Shown here piece by piece: positions 39,312-47,840 of a stretch of DNA of 64,000 bases. A program made the position numbers and the translations under genes. The number at the start of each line of letters is the position of its first letter. Within the stretch, counting starts at the first letter, position 1. This DNA is from Alistipes sp. (lineage in GTDB: Bacteria; Bacteroidota; Bacteroidia; Bacteroidales; Rikenellaceae), in contig JAVVWE010000003.1 of assembly GCA_036652255.1 (NCBI GenBank), positions 70,725 to 134,724 on the forward strand. The letters run 5' to 3'. Under the pieces are notes generated by a model. The model had not been told where the DNA came from, did not search any database, and worked only from the letters and a program-made list of their open reading frames with translations.

Positions 39312-42300
39312 TTAAATACGTGTTACTGCAATTCGAATGGGTTCTTCATCCACCTCCGAATCGACGATAAATGCTCCTGAGGGGGTGTCGGTACCCTTGA
39401 CCTCTGTTGCCAGTGTCTGTGCAGCGATGTATGGAGCGTAGCTCTCGAGAGCGGCTGTCGCAAATGCTTTGTTCTCCACCTCAACTCGAATGCGATCGGT
39501 GACTTCGAATCCCGAATCTTTGCGAATGTTCTGAATGCGATTAATCAACTCACGTGCCACACCTTCTGCGCGCAGCTCATCGGTCAGGGTGATATCAAGT
39601 GCCACGGTCAGCTTGCCCTCCGAGGCGACCAGCCAGCCCGGCATATCTTCCGAGGTAATCTCAAAATCAATGGGGGTGACCGTAATCTGTTCTGCGCCCA
39701 TGTCGAGCACTGTTTGCTCAGCAGCTTCCACCTCGGCAATGCGCTCCTGCGAGAATTGAGCGGTCATGGCGGCAATCTGCTTCATATATTTGCCATACTT
39801 CGGGCCGAGGGTCTTGAAGTTGGGTTTGATGCGTTTGGTAATCAGACCGGTAGTCTTCTCTATCAGCTCAACTTGCTTGACATTCACCTCGTTCAGCACC
39901 AGCCCTTTCACAGCGTCGATATGACGTTTGGTCTGCGCGTCGAGCACCGGAATCAGAATTTTAGTCAGTGGCTGACGCACTTTGATGTTCACCTTGCGGC
40001 GCAGTGCCAAAACCAAAGACGAAATGCGCTGTGCAAGTGACATCATCTCCTCCAACTCGCCATCGATGAGTGAGGTGTCGGCTGTGGGGAAGTTAGCCAA
40101 ATGCACTGATTCGTCGGCGTGGCGTCCGCTCAGCACATTCAAATCGCGGAAAATGCGATCGGAGATGAAGGGGGCAAAAGGTGCAGCAATCAGCGAGACA
40201 GTCTCCAGACAGGTGTAGAGTGTTTGGTAGGCAGACAATTTATCCTCGTTCATGCCACCTCCCCAGAAACGTTTGCGATTCAGGCGCACATACCAGTTTG
40301 ATAGGTTCTCACCCACGAATTCCTGAATGGCGCGTGCCGCAGGGGTTGGGTCGTACTCTTCGAGCGAGCGAGTGACATCCGCCACGAGGGTGTTGAGCAG
40401 TGAAATAATCCAGCGGTCAATTTCAGGACGTTTAGCCACAGGAACCTCTGCTTCGCGACCTGTGAAGCCGTCAACGTTGGCATAGAGGGCGAAGAAGGAG
40501 TAGGTGTTGTAGAGCGTGCCGAAGAATTTACGACGCACTTCGTCCACACCTGCTTCGTCGAATTTGAGGTTGTCCCACGGTTGTGAGTTTGAAATCATAT
40601 ACCAGCGTGTGGCATCGGCACCGTAGGTTTCGAGCACCTCGAACGGATCAACAGCATTACCCAATCGTTTGGACATTTTGTTGCCATTTTTGTCGAGTAC
40701 CAGACCGTTTGAAATGATATTTTTGAAGGCTACCGAGTCGAAGAGCATCGAGGCGATGGCGTGCAGTGTGAAGAACCAGCCGCGCGTCTGATCGACCCCT
40801 TCGGCGATGAAGTCAGCGGGATAGACTGTCTTGAACTCCTCACCGCTGTGTTCGAACGGGTAGTGCAGTTGCGCATAGGGCATAGCTCCCGAATCGAACC
40901 ACACGTCAATCAAATCGCTCTCGCGCTTCATTGGCTCGCCCTTTGCCGAAACCAGAGTGATGGAGTCGACATAGGGGCGGTGCAGGTCGATATGGGTGGT
41001 GGCATAGTTCTCTGTTGAGAAGTCGCCCACTTTGAAATCCTTGTAGGGATTCTCGCTCATCAAGCCCGCCTTGACCGAGCGGTCAATCTCCTGCACCAAC
41101 TCCTCCACAGAGCCGATACATTTAATCTCGGAATAATCTTCCGTAGCCCACACGGGCAGCGGTGTGCCCCAGAAACGCGAGCGTGATAAGTTCCAATCTA
41201 CCAACCCTTCGAGCCACTTGCCGAAGCGTCCGGAGCCCGTTGATTCGGGCTTCCAGCGGATGGTTTTGTTCAGCTCAATCATGCGGTCTTTCATCGCCGT
41301 AGTGCGAATGAACCACGAGTCGAGCGGGTAGTATAACACCGGTTTATCCGTGCGCCAACAGTGCGGATAGGAGTGGGTGTGCTTCTCGATTTTGAACACT
41401 TTGTTCTCTGCCTTGAGCATCACCGAAATATCTATATCGAGTGAAGTGTCGTCGTCTGTAAGTCGCTCATCGAAGGCGTTTTTTACGTAACGTCCTGCGT
41501 AGAGGTTGTATTGTGCGGTGTTGATGTTGTTTTTTACAAATTCGTCGTCCAAATCTGCTGTGAGGAAAAATTTACCCGTGCGATCGACCATCGGTTGGTT
41601 TTTGCCTGCCTTATCGATCATGAATAGCGGTGCAATGGCTGCGGCACGTGCCGCGCGGTCGTCGTCCGCACCGAATGTGGGGGCGATATGCACGATGCCC
41701 GTACCGTCGGAGGTGGTGACGAAATCACCGGCAATGACGCGGAAAGCATCACCCATTGGCTTCACCCACGGCAGTAATTGCTCGTAGCGGATGCCTACCA
41801 AATCGCTACCATGCAGCGTCTTGGTGCACACCTCATAGGTGCCTTCCATCTTCTTAGTGAAGTAGGCGGGTACCAAATCGCGCGCCATGATGATGGTCTG
41901 CGCTTGGTCGGTGTAGGGGTTGCGGCACTTGACCTTCACATATTCAATCGACGCGCCCACAGCCAATGCCGTGTTCGAGGGGAGGGTCCATGGAGTGGTT
42001 GTCCACGCCATGAAGTAGAGTGTGCCCTGCACATCGTCGAAGAGTGATTCGCTTTCGGGTGTGCGCACCACCTCGAATTGCGCTGTGCAGGTGGTGTCTT
42101 TCACATCGCGGTAGCAACCGGGCTGATTCAACTCGTGAGTTGAAAGTCCTGTGCCGGCAGCGGGCGAGTAGGGTTGGATGGTGTAACCTTTGTAGAGTAA
42201 TCCTTTGTCGAATAGCTGTTTGAGCAGCCACCACAAGGTCTCGATATATTTGTTGTCGTAGGTGATGTATGGGTCGTCCATATTGACCCAATAACCCATC

Positions 42301-42710
42301 TTGCGAGTCAGCTCCTCCCACACCCCAGTGTACTCCATCACCGCCTCGCGGCAGGTGCGGTTGTACTCTTCGATGGTGATTGTGCGACCGATTGCCTCTT
42401 TGGTGATGCCGAGCTTCTTCTCGACACCCAACTCCACGGGCAGACCGTGGGTATCCCATCCCGCTTTGCGATGGACGAGATAGCCGCGCTGTGTTTTGTA
42501 GCGGCAGAAAACATCCTTGATGGTGCGCGCCATGACATGGTGAATGCCGGGCATTCCGTTGGCGGACGGGGGACCTTCGTAAAAGACAAACGAGGGATGC
42601 CCCTTGCGAGTGGAGATACTTTTGTGGAATGTATCGTCTTTATCCCACTCTTTAAGCACGTCAGCAGCCGTTGCTGCCAAGTCAAGACCTTTGTATTCTT
42701 TGAATTTCAT
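39312..42710 (-). CDS. ileS: Isoleucyl-tRNA synthetase (long, type 2-like)
   Basis: EGPPSANGMPGIHH, GWDTHGLP, WTTTPWTLPSN, GVDQTRGWF, KMSKR. Start set to ATG 42710 because the track's TTG (42744-42746) lies inside the promoter box 42744-42751. Confidence 0.97.
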   Translation of the reverse strand: MKFKEYKGLDLAATAADVLKEWDKDDTFHKSISTRKGHPSFVFYEGPPSANGMPGIHHVMARTIKDVFCRYKTQRGYLVHRKAGWDTHGLPVELGVEKKLGITKEAIGRTITIEEYNRTCREAVMEYTGVWEELTRKMGYWVNMDDPYITYDNKYIETLWWLLKQLFDKGLLYKGYTIQPYSPAAGTGLSTHELNQPGCYRDVKDTTCTAQFEVVRTPESESLFDDVQGTLYFMAWTTTPWTLPSNTALAVGASIEYVKVKCRNPYTDQAQTIIMARDLVPAYFTKKMEGTYEVCTKTLHGSDLVGIRYEQLLPWVKPMGDAFRVIAGDFVTTSDGTGIVHIAPTFGADDDRAARAAAIAPLFMIDKAGKNQPMVDRTGKFFLTADLDDEFVKNNINTAQYNLYAGRYVKNAFDERLTDDDTSLDIDISVMLKAENKVFKIEKHTHSYPHCWRTDKPVLYYPLDSWFIRTTAMKDRMIELNKTIRWKPESTGSGRFGKWLEGLVDWNLSRSRFWGTPLPVWATEDYSEIKCIGSVEELVQEIDRSVKAGLMSENPYKDFKVGDFSTENYATTHIDLHRPYVDSITLVSAKGEPMKRESDLIDVWFDSGAMPYAQLHYPFEHSGEEFKTVYPADFIAEGVDQTRGWFFTLHAIASMLFDSVAFKNIISNGLVLDKNGNKMSKRLGNAVDPFEVLETYGADATRWYMISNSQPWDNLKFDEAGVDEVRRKFFGTLYNTYSFFALYANVDGFTGREAEVPVAKRPEIDRWIISLLNTLVADVTRSLEEYDPTPAARAIQEFVGENLSNWYVRLNRKRFWGGGMNEDKLSAYQTLYTCLETVSLIAAPFAPFISDRIFRDLNVLSGRHADESVHLANFPTADTSLIDGELEEMMSLAQRISSLVLALRRKVNIKVRQPLTKILIPVLDAQTKRHIDAVKGLVLNEVNVKQVELIEKTTGLITKRIKPNFKTLGPKYGKYMKQIAAMTAQFSQERIAEVEAAEQTVLDMGAEQITVTPIDFEITSEDMPGWLVASEGKLTVALDITLTDELRAEGVARELINRIQNIRKDSGFEVTDRIRVEVENKAFATAALESYAPYIAAQTLATEVKGTDTPSGAFIVDSEVDEEPIRIAVTRI

Positions 42711-42788
42711 ATAGGGTGTGTATGCTAATATTCTGACAAGCAGCAAAGATACAAAAAAGATACGAAAAAATAATCTAAAAATGGATGA

Positions 42789-45038
42789 TTACTTCTTTGG
42801 CAAATACAGACTGAAGCACGAACCTTGACCCAAAGTCGATTGAACGTCGATGTGTCCGCCCATCTGTTCGGCAAGCTCCTTGCAGATGGGAAGTCCGAGA
42901 CCGGTGCCTTGCGCGAAGGTATTGCCCTTGGCGAAGCGTTCGAAAATATGGGGCATGAATTCTTTTGCAATGCCTATTCCTGAGTCTTGTACGCTAATTT
43001 CTATTTCATCTTCGTTCTCTTGTAGTTTCATGTGAATTTCACCTTCCGGCGTGAATTTCACCGCGTTGCTCATGAAATTCGATAACACCTGAATAATCCC
43101 TTTGCGCGAGGTAGTCAGGAGGCATTCGTCGAGCTGCGTCTCGGTGATAATTCGTACATTATCAGGTATTTGCGGTGTAAAGGTGTTGACGGTTTGTTGA
43201 CAGAGTTCAATTATGTCAACATTTTTATCTATGGGTAATTTCATGCCGGCTTCGATGGTGGAGAGAATCAAAATATCTGAGACGATTTGCAATAGCAATG
43301 TGTTGTTGTGCCGGATGATGTCGCTGTATTCCTTGCGTTCCATTTGATTGTTCGACTCGTCAACCATCATCTCTGAGAAGCCGATGATTGCGTTGAGGGG
43401 CGTGCGGATTTCGTGGCTCATATTTGCCAAAAATGCCGATTTGAGTCGGTTTGCCTCCTCGGCGCGTTCGCGAGCCTGAACCAGTTCGGTGATATCGTAC
43501 GAAATACCAATCATGTTGAGGTGTCCCTTGTGTACCTTTGAGTCGGTGCTAATCAACGTAGTACGTGTCCACGAGGTGGTGCCGTTGGCGCGAAGGATGC
43601 GTAGCGTCTCGTCGAGTGTATGAATTTGACCTGTTTTGAACTGCTCCAATGCGTGCAGCATACGCTGCCGATCAGCGGGATGGATGTGGCTGTACATACC
43701 GACAATCTCCTCGATGGGAGTGCCTGCCTTTTCACCGTAGTTCTCGTTCCAAACGCCCTGTGCAAAGCCTTTTTTGGAGTAAAGATCGTAGGTGGCATAT
43801 CCCACACGAGCAAACGAGGAGATGTGGTGGAATAGATCCTCGAACTGCGTCAAGCGATCGCTTGTGCGCTTGAGTTGTGTGTCGTCTAAGCAGATAACCA
43901 AAATATTGCTGGGATTGCCTTTGTGGTCGTAGAGAAAGCGAACGCGCACTGAGCACTCCATTACGTCTTTGCGTGAACACTTGAAAAATGTTTTTTCGAG
44001 TGAAAAGTCGTAGGTCATCGTGAAATCAATCTCGTGTCCTTGGCGAATTTCGTTCTTGATTTCGTCGGAAATATTTGGCTCATCATACAGGTACAGACCA
44101 ACCACCTCGTCGGGGTCGATGCAACCGAACATCTCAATCCATTTGGCATTGATTTTGGTCAGTTTTCCGTCCGTATCATGGAGTGAAATGCCCGCCGGGG
44201 TGTGCAAAAAGACATTGGTGAGCAATTTTTCATTATCGGCAAGGGTGTTGTGCGCCGTGATGGTCTCGGTAATATCAAACAGCAGAATGACAATTTCCGA
44301 CGGATCATTGGGGGTATTGTAGATGTAGTTGCGGCACGACCGCTGCGTTATGGGGGCAACCCACTCCACCTGATAATGCCCACCTAATGGAACATTTGTC
44401 AGATAATCAATGTGATAGATGTGTGATTGATCCATTTCACTCGCCGTCTTGCCAATGAAGTTTTTTAGGTTGATACCCACAATTTGGCTGGCTCTTTGGT
44501 TGATGTCCAAGAAGAGGTAATCTACCGGGTGATGCTCTTTATCGTAGAGTAATTTGATTCGGAAGTAGCCAACCGGCATCTGATTGAGCAGCTCTTCGAT
44601 ATGTTTGTTTTCTGCCAATGTGGCTTGGTAATTGCTTTCCAATGCCAACAATTCTCTTTGCTTAGGATCTTGAATTGGAATGAGTTGTACACAGCCAATC
44701 ACTGTTGGAGTACCCGTTGTAGGATTACAAGTGCGTTGTGATAGAATGGCGTGAAGCCACACTTCGCCGTCGGGGGTCTGTATCGGAAATTTTTCGTCGA
44801 ACACCTCTTCCACCTTGAGTGCTGCGAATTTCGCGAAGAGAGGCGCACGAAAATCCTCATGCACCAAGAGTAAAAACTTCTCCATCGAGAGTTCGTTTTC
44901 TGACATATGCAGCAGGTCTCGAATGAAGTCAGAAAAATAAAGTATGCGTTGAGTGAAATCAACCGACCACCAACTGATATTGGCGACTGACATCAACTGT
45001 TTTAATTGTTCTGAATTGGGGTGGAGTGCTGATTTCAT
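42789..45038 (-). CDS. Cytoplasmic multi-PAS sensor histidine kinase (orphan)
   Basis: KSAFLANMSHEIRTPLNAI, NAVKFT, DSGIG, GTGLGL; PAS-like HPAD segments; no TM, no adjacent regulator. Confidence 0.92.
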   Translation of the reverse strand: MKSALHPNSEQLKQLMSVANISWWSVDFTQRILYFSDFIRDLLHMSENELSMEKFLLLVHEDFRAPLFAKFAALKVEEVFDEKFPIQTPDGEVWLHAILSQRTCNPTTGTPTVIGCVQLIPIQDPKQRELLALESNYQATLAENKHIEELLNQMPVGYFRIKLLYDKEHHPVDYLFLDINQRASQIVGINLKNFIGKTASEMDQSHIYHIDYLTNVPLGGHYQVEWVAPITQRSCRNYIYNTPNDPSEIVILLFDITETITAHNTLADNEKLLTNVFLHTPAGISLHDTDGKLTKINAKWIEMFGCIDPDEVVGLYLYDEPNISDEIKNEIRQGHEIDFTMTYDFSLEKTFFKCSRKDVMECSVRVRFLYDHKGNPSNILVICLDDTQLKRTSDRLTQFEDLFHHISSFARVGYATYDLYSKKGFAQGVWNENYGEKAGTPIEEIVGMYSHIHPADRQRMLHALEQFKTGQIHTLDETLRILRANGTTSWTRTTLISTDSKVHKGHLNMIGISYDITELVQARERAEEANRLKSAFLANMSHEIRTPLNAIIGFSEMMVDESNNQMERKEYSDIIRHNNTLLLQIVSDILILSTIEAGMKLPIDKNVDIIELCQQTVNTFTPQIPDNVRIITETQLDECLLTTSRKGIIQVLSNFMSNAVKFTPEGEIHMKLQENEDEIEISVQDSGIGIAKEFMPHIFERFAKGNTFAQGTGLGLPICKELAEQMGGHIDVQSTLGQGSCFSLYLPKK

Positions 45039-45613
45039 GGCGTAAAGGTATTAGGTGTATCAATTTTTGCAAAATTTCGCATGATGCGTGCTGGGTTGCC
45101 CACGGCAAGCGAGTCGGCAGGAATATCTTTGGTGACCACTGCGCCGGCACCAATGACCGATCGAGCTCCGATATGCACGCCCGGACAGACGATTACCCCT
45201 CCACCCAGCCAGCAGTCGTCGTCGATGGTGATGGGGCGACCCACCTCGCGTGAAGTGGCGCGCTGAACGGCATCGAGTGGGTGATGTGCTGTGAGCAGTT
45301 GTACTTTAGGTGCAATTTGGCAGCGGCGACCGATGCGAATGGGTGCAAGGTCGATAAATACGCAGTCGAAATTGATGAAGGTTTCCTCGCCAACGGAGAT
45401 GGTGTAGCCGTAGTCACAAAAGAAGGGGGCGCGGATGAAGCCCTTCATTTCGGGGCATAATTCGCGTAGTGTAGCGCAGTATGCATCATCGTGGTCACAC
45501 AGCGTAACATTCAGACGGTGTGTGAGTCGTGTGGCACGATGGCGATCCTCTGCCAACTCCGGGTCGATGGGATTAAACCATTCGCCAGCGAGCATTTTTT
45601 CTTTTTCAGTCAT
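45035..45613 (-). CDS. Sugar O-acetyltransferase (Maa/LacA family)
   Basis: TEKEKMLAG, PFFCDYG, hexapeptide repeats, VGNPAR. Confidence 0.93.
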   Translation of the reverse strand: MTEKEKMLAGEWFNPIDPELAEDRHRATRLTHRLNVTLCDHDDAYCATLRELCPEMKGFIRAPFFCDYGYTISVGEETFINFDCVFIDLAPIRIGRRCQIAPKVQLLTAHHPLDAVQRATSREVGRPITIDDDCWLGGGVIVCPGVHIGARSVIGAGAVVTKDIPADSLAVGNPARIMRNFAKIDTPNTFTP

Positions 45614-45674
45614 TATTATTGATGCTCTTTTTGAGGAGATGCTCCCTCCTCATATCCAATAATATGCAATTCGT

Positions 45675-47504
45675 TTATTCGAAACTTTGCATCTCAATCA
45701 ACTTGGCGTAAATGCCGTTGCGTAGCATCAACTCAGCGTGTGTGCCCTGTTCGGCAACCCGTCCTCGGTCGATGACGATGATTTTATCTGCATTGTGTAT
45801 TGTGCTCAATCTGTGGGCGATGACTATTGATGTGCGACCTTCGAGTAGTGCATTCAAGGCATCTTGCACCAACTTCTCACTCTCTGTGTCGAGTGCCGAA
45901 GTGGCCTCGTCGAGAATCAATATTTCAGGATTTTTCAACACGGCGCGTGCAATGGAGAGCCGCTGACGCTGTCCGCCCGAGAGCTTCATACCGCGATCAC
46001 CGATGTTCGTGTCGTAGCCCTTGGGACTCTCCATGATGAAGTCGTGGGCGTTTGCCACCTTGGCGGCAGCTATAATTTCCTCACGCGTAGCCCCTTCGCG
46101 CCCCATGGCGATGTTGCCTTCTATGGTATCGTTGAAGAGCACGGTGTCTTGTGCTACGACGCTCATGTGGTGACGCAGGCTCTCTTGTGTGTAGTCGCGA
46201 ATGGAGATGCCGTCAATCAAAATTTCGCCACTTGAGGTGTCGTAGAAGCGCGGAATAAGTTCACTGAGTGTGGATTTGCCGCCACCTGAAGGACCTACTA
46301 AGGCGATGGTCTGTCCGCGTCGAATGTCGAAGGATATGCCATCAATAATCTCACGATCCGGCTCGTAGCTGAAGTGCACGTTGCGGAACTCAATCTTTTC
46401 TCGGAGCTCCTTGAGTATTTTCGCGTCGGGTTTATCCTGCACCTCAGCCTCGGCATCGAGCAGTGTCAGTACGCGTTCACCGGCGGCGATACCTTGGTTG
46501 ATGGTGGCAAATTGATCCAATATGGAGCGCACTGGACGAGTGATTTGCGAGAACATACCGATGAAAATGATAAAACTGGCGGCATTGAGTGAGCCGTTCA
46601 GCACGAGCATACCACCGAATATGAGCACCACACCCACGGCTGTGATTCCCAGAAATTCACTCATGGGCGAAGCCAGTTGTTGGCGACGAGCCATGGAGAG
46701 AATCAGTCGCGAATATTCGGCGTTGATATCATGAAATTTACGTGTGATGTAAGTCGTTGCGTTGTAGCTTTTTATGAGTTTCATTCCGGACAACGACTCT
46801 TCGAGTGTGCTGGTCATTTCGCTCATGCGCTCCTGTCCCTTCATGGCGGGGTGACGCAGTCGTTTGACGATGCTGCCGATAATCAGAGCCACAACGGGCA
46901 GGAAGACCAAGGCGAAGATGCTCAGCTCCCACGAGATACTGAACATGGCAGCGAGGAATCCGATGACTAAGAAGGGTTCGCGAATAACGACCTGAAGCGT
47001 ATTGGTGATGCAGAATTGCACCATCATTACATCCTGTGTGATGCGTGACATGATATCGCCTTTGCGTTGTTCGCTGAAGTAGCCGATGTGCATGGTGGTC
47101 ACGTGGTCGAACATATTGTTGCGAATGCGTTGAAGTGTACGGGTGCGCATCTTTTCGATGGTCCACGAACCCATGTAGCGAAATAGATTGCTGAAGAGGT
47201 TGATGGTGATGATGATACTTGCCATCAAGGCGAGCATATACATGGGTTTATAGTCGTCGAAAATTTGGGTGTAGAGATAGGACATTGAGTCCGTCAGGAA
47301 GGTGTTGCTCAGCTCGAAGGTCGGGAATGAAGTGACTGGTTTCCAGACGAAATTCGGATCGAACATGGTTTGGAGAATCGGAATGGCTGCCACATAGGTA
47401 AATGTGTTGAAAATGGCATACAACACCGAGTAGAAAAAATAGGGAATTGCGTATTTTTCGATTGGCTTTGCAAAGCCTAATAATCGCATATATGTTTTAA
47501 ACAT
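45675..47504 (-). CDS. MsbA-like ABC exporter
   Basis: TMD plus NBD (GPSGGGKST, LSGGQRQR, ILDEATSALD, AHRLST). Confidence 0.92.
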   Translation of the reverse strand: MFKTYMRLLGFAKPIEKYAIPYFFYSVLYAIFNTFTYVAAIPILQTMFDPNFVWKPVTSFPTFELSNTFLTDSMSYLYTQIFDDYKPMYMLALMASIIITINLFSNLFRYMGSWTIEKMRTRTLQRIRNNMFDHVTTMHIGYFSEQRKGDIMSRITQDVMMVQFCITNTLQVVIREPFLVIGFLAAMFSISWELSIFALVFLPVVALIIGSIVKRLRHPAMKGQERMSEMTSTLEESLSGMKLIKSYNATTYITRKFHDINAEYSRLILSMARRQQLASPMSEFLGITAVGVVLIFGGMLVLNGSLNAASFIIFIGMFSQITRPVRSILDQFATINQGIAAGERVLTLLDAEAEVQDKPDAKILKELREKIEFRNVHFSYEPDREIIDGISFDIRRGQTIALVGPSGGGKSTLSELIPRFYDTSSGEILIDGISIRDYTQESLRHHMSVVAQDTVLFNDTIEGNIAMGREGATREEIIAAAKVANAHDFIMESPKGYDTNIGDRGMKLSGGQRQRLSIARAVLKNPEILILDEATSALDTESEKLVQDALNALLEGRTSIVIAHRLSTIHNADKIIVIDRGRVAEQGTHAELMLRNGIYAKLIEMQSFE

Positions 47505-47717
47505 AGTGGAGTAAATTTGAGTTTGAAAAAAAGTCTCAACAAAGATAGGAAAATGAATTTAGAATCTGCAATTAACCCGCTATAATTCGCATTATTCATT
47601 CAAAATTGAAGCAGTTTTGTAGAGTTTGTCTTTTGCGTTGTGGTTTGTTGGTCGTCTTGTCGTGCCACAAGTTATCAACAATCTATCAAAGAGAAAATAA
47701 ATTATATAAAAAATCGT

Positions 47718-47725
47718 TACCTTTG
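47718..47725 (+). promoter_or_regulatory. -7 box for lon-kdsBAD
   Basis: TACCTTTG in AT-rich intergenic DNA. Confidence 0.7.
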
Positions 47726-47840
47726 CAAAAATATATATATAAGTATTAAAACGAGGCACTCTTTCCGAAAATAGCAATGCACTGTTCTTGAAGATAGTAT
47801 TTGGAACGGGGCGCAGAGTTGCCACAAACAAAATTGAATT

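Noticed and set aside
42711-42746. N-terminal extension of IleS in the ORF track
   Set aside because: The TTG is part of the promoter box; MKFKEY is the expected start.
47630-47690. DnaA-box-like 9-mers (TTATCAACA, TGTGGTTTG) between the ABC exporter and lon as a possible oriC
   Set aside because: Only one near match; no box cluster, no dnaA-region genes and no visible change in strand bias.
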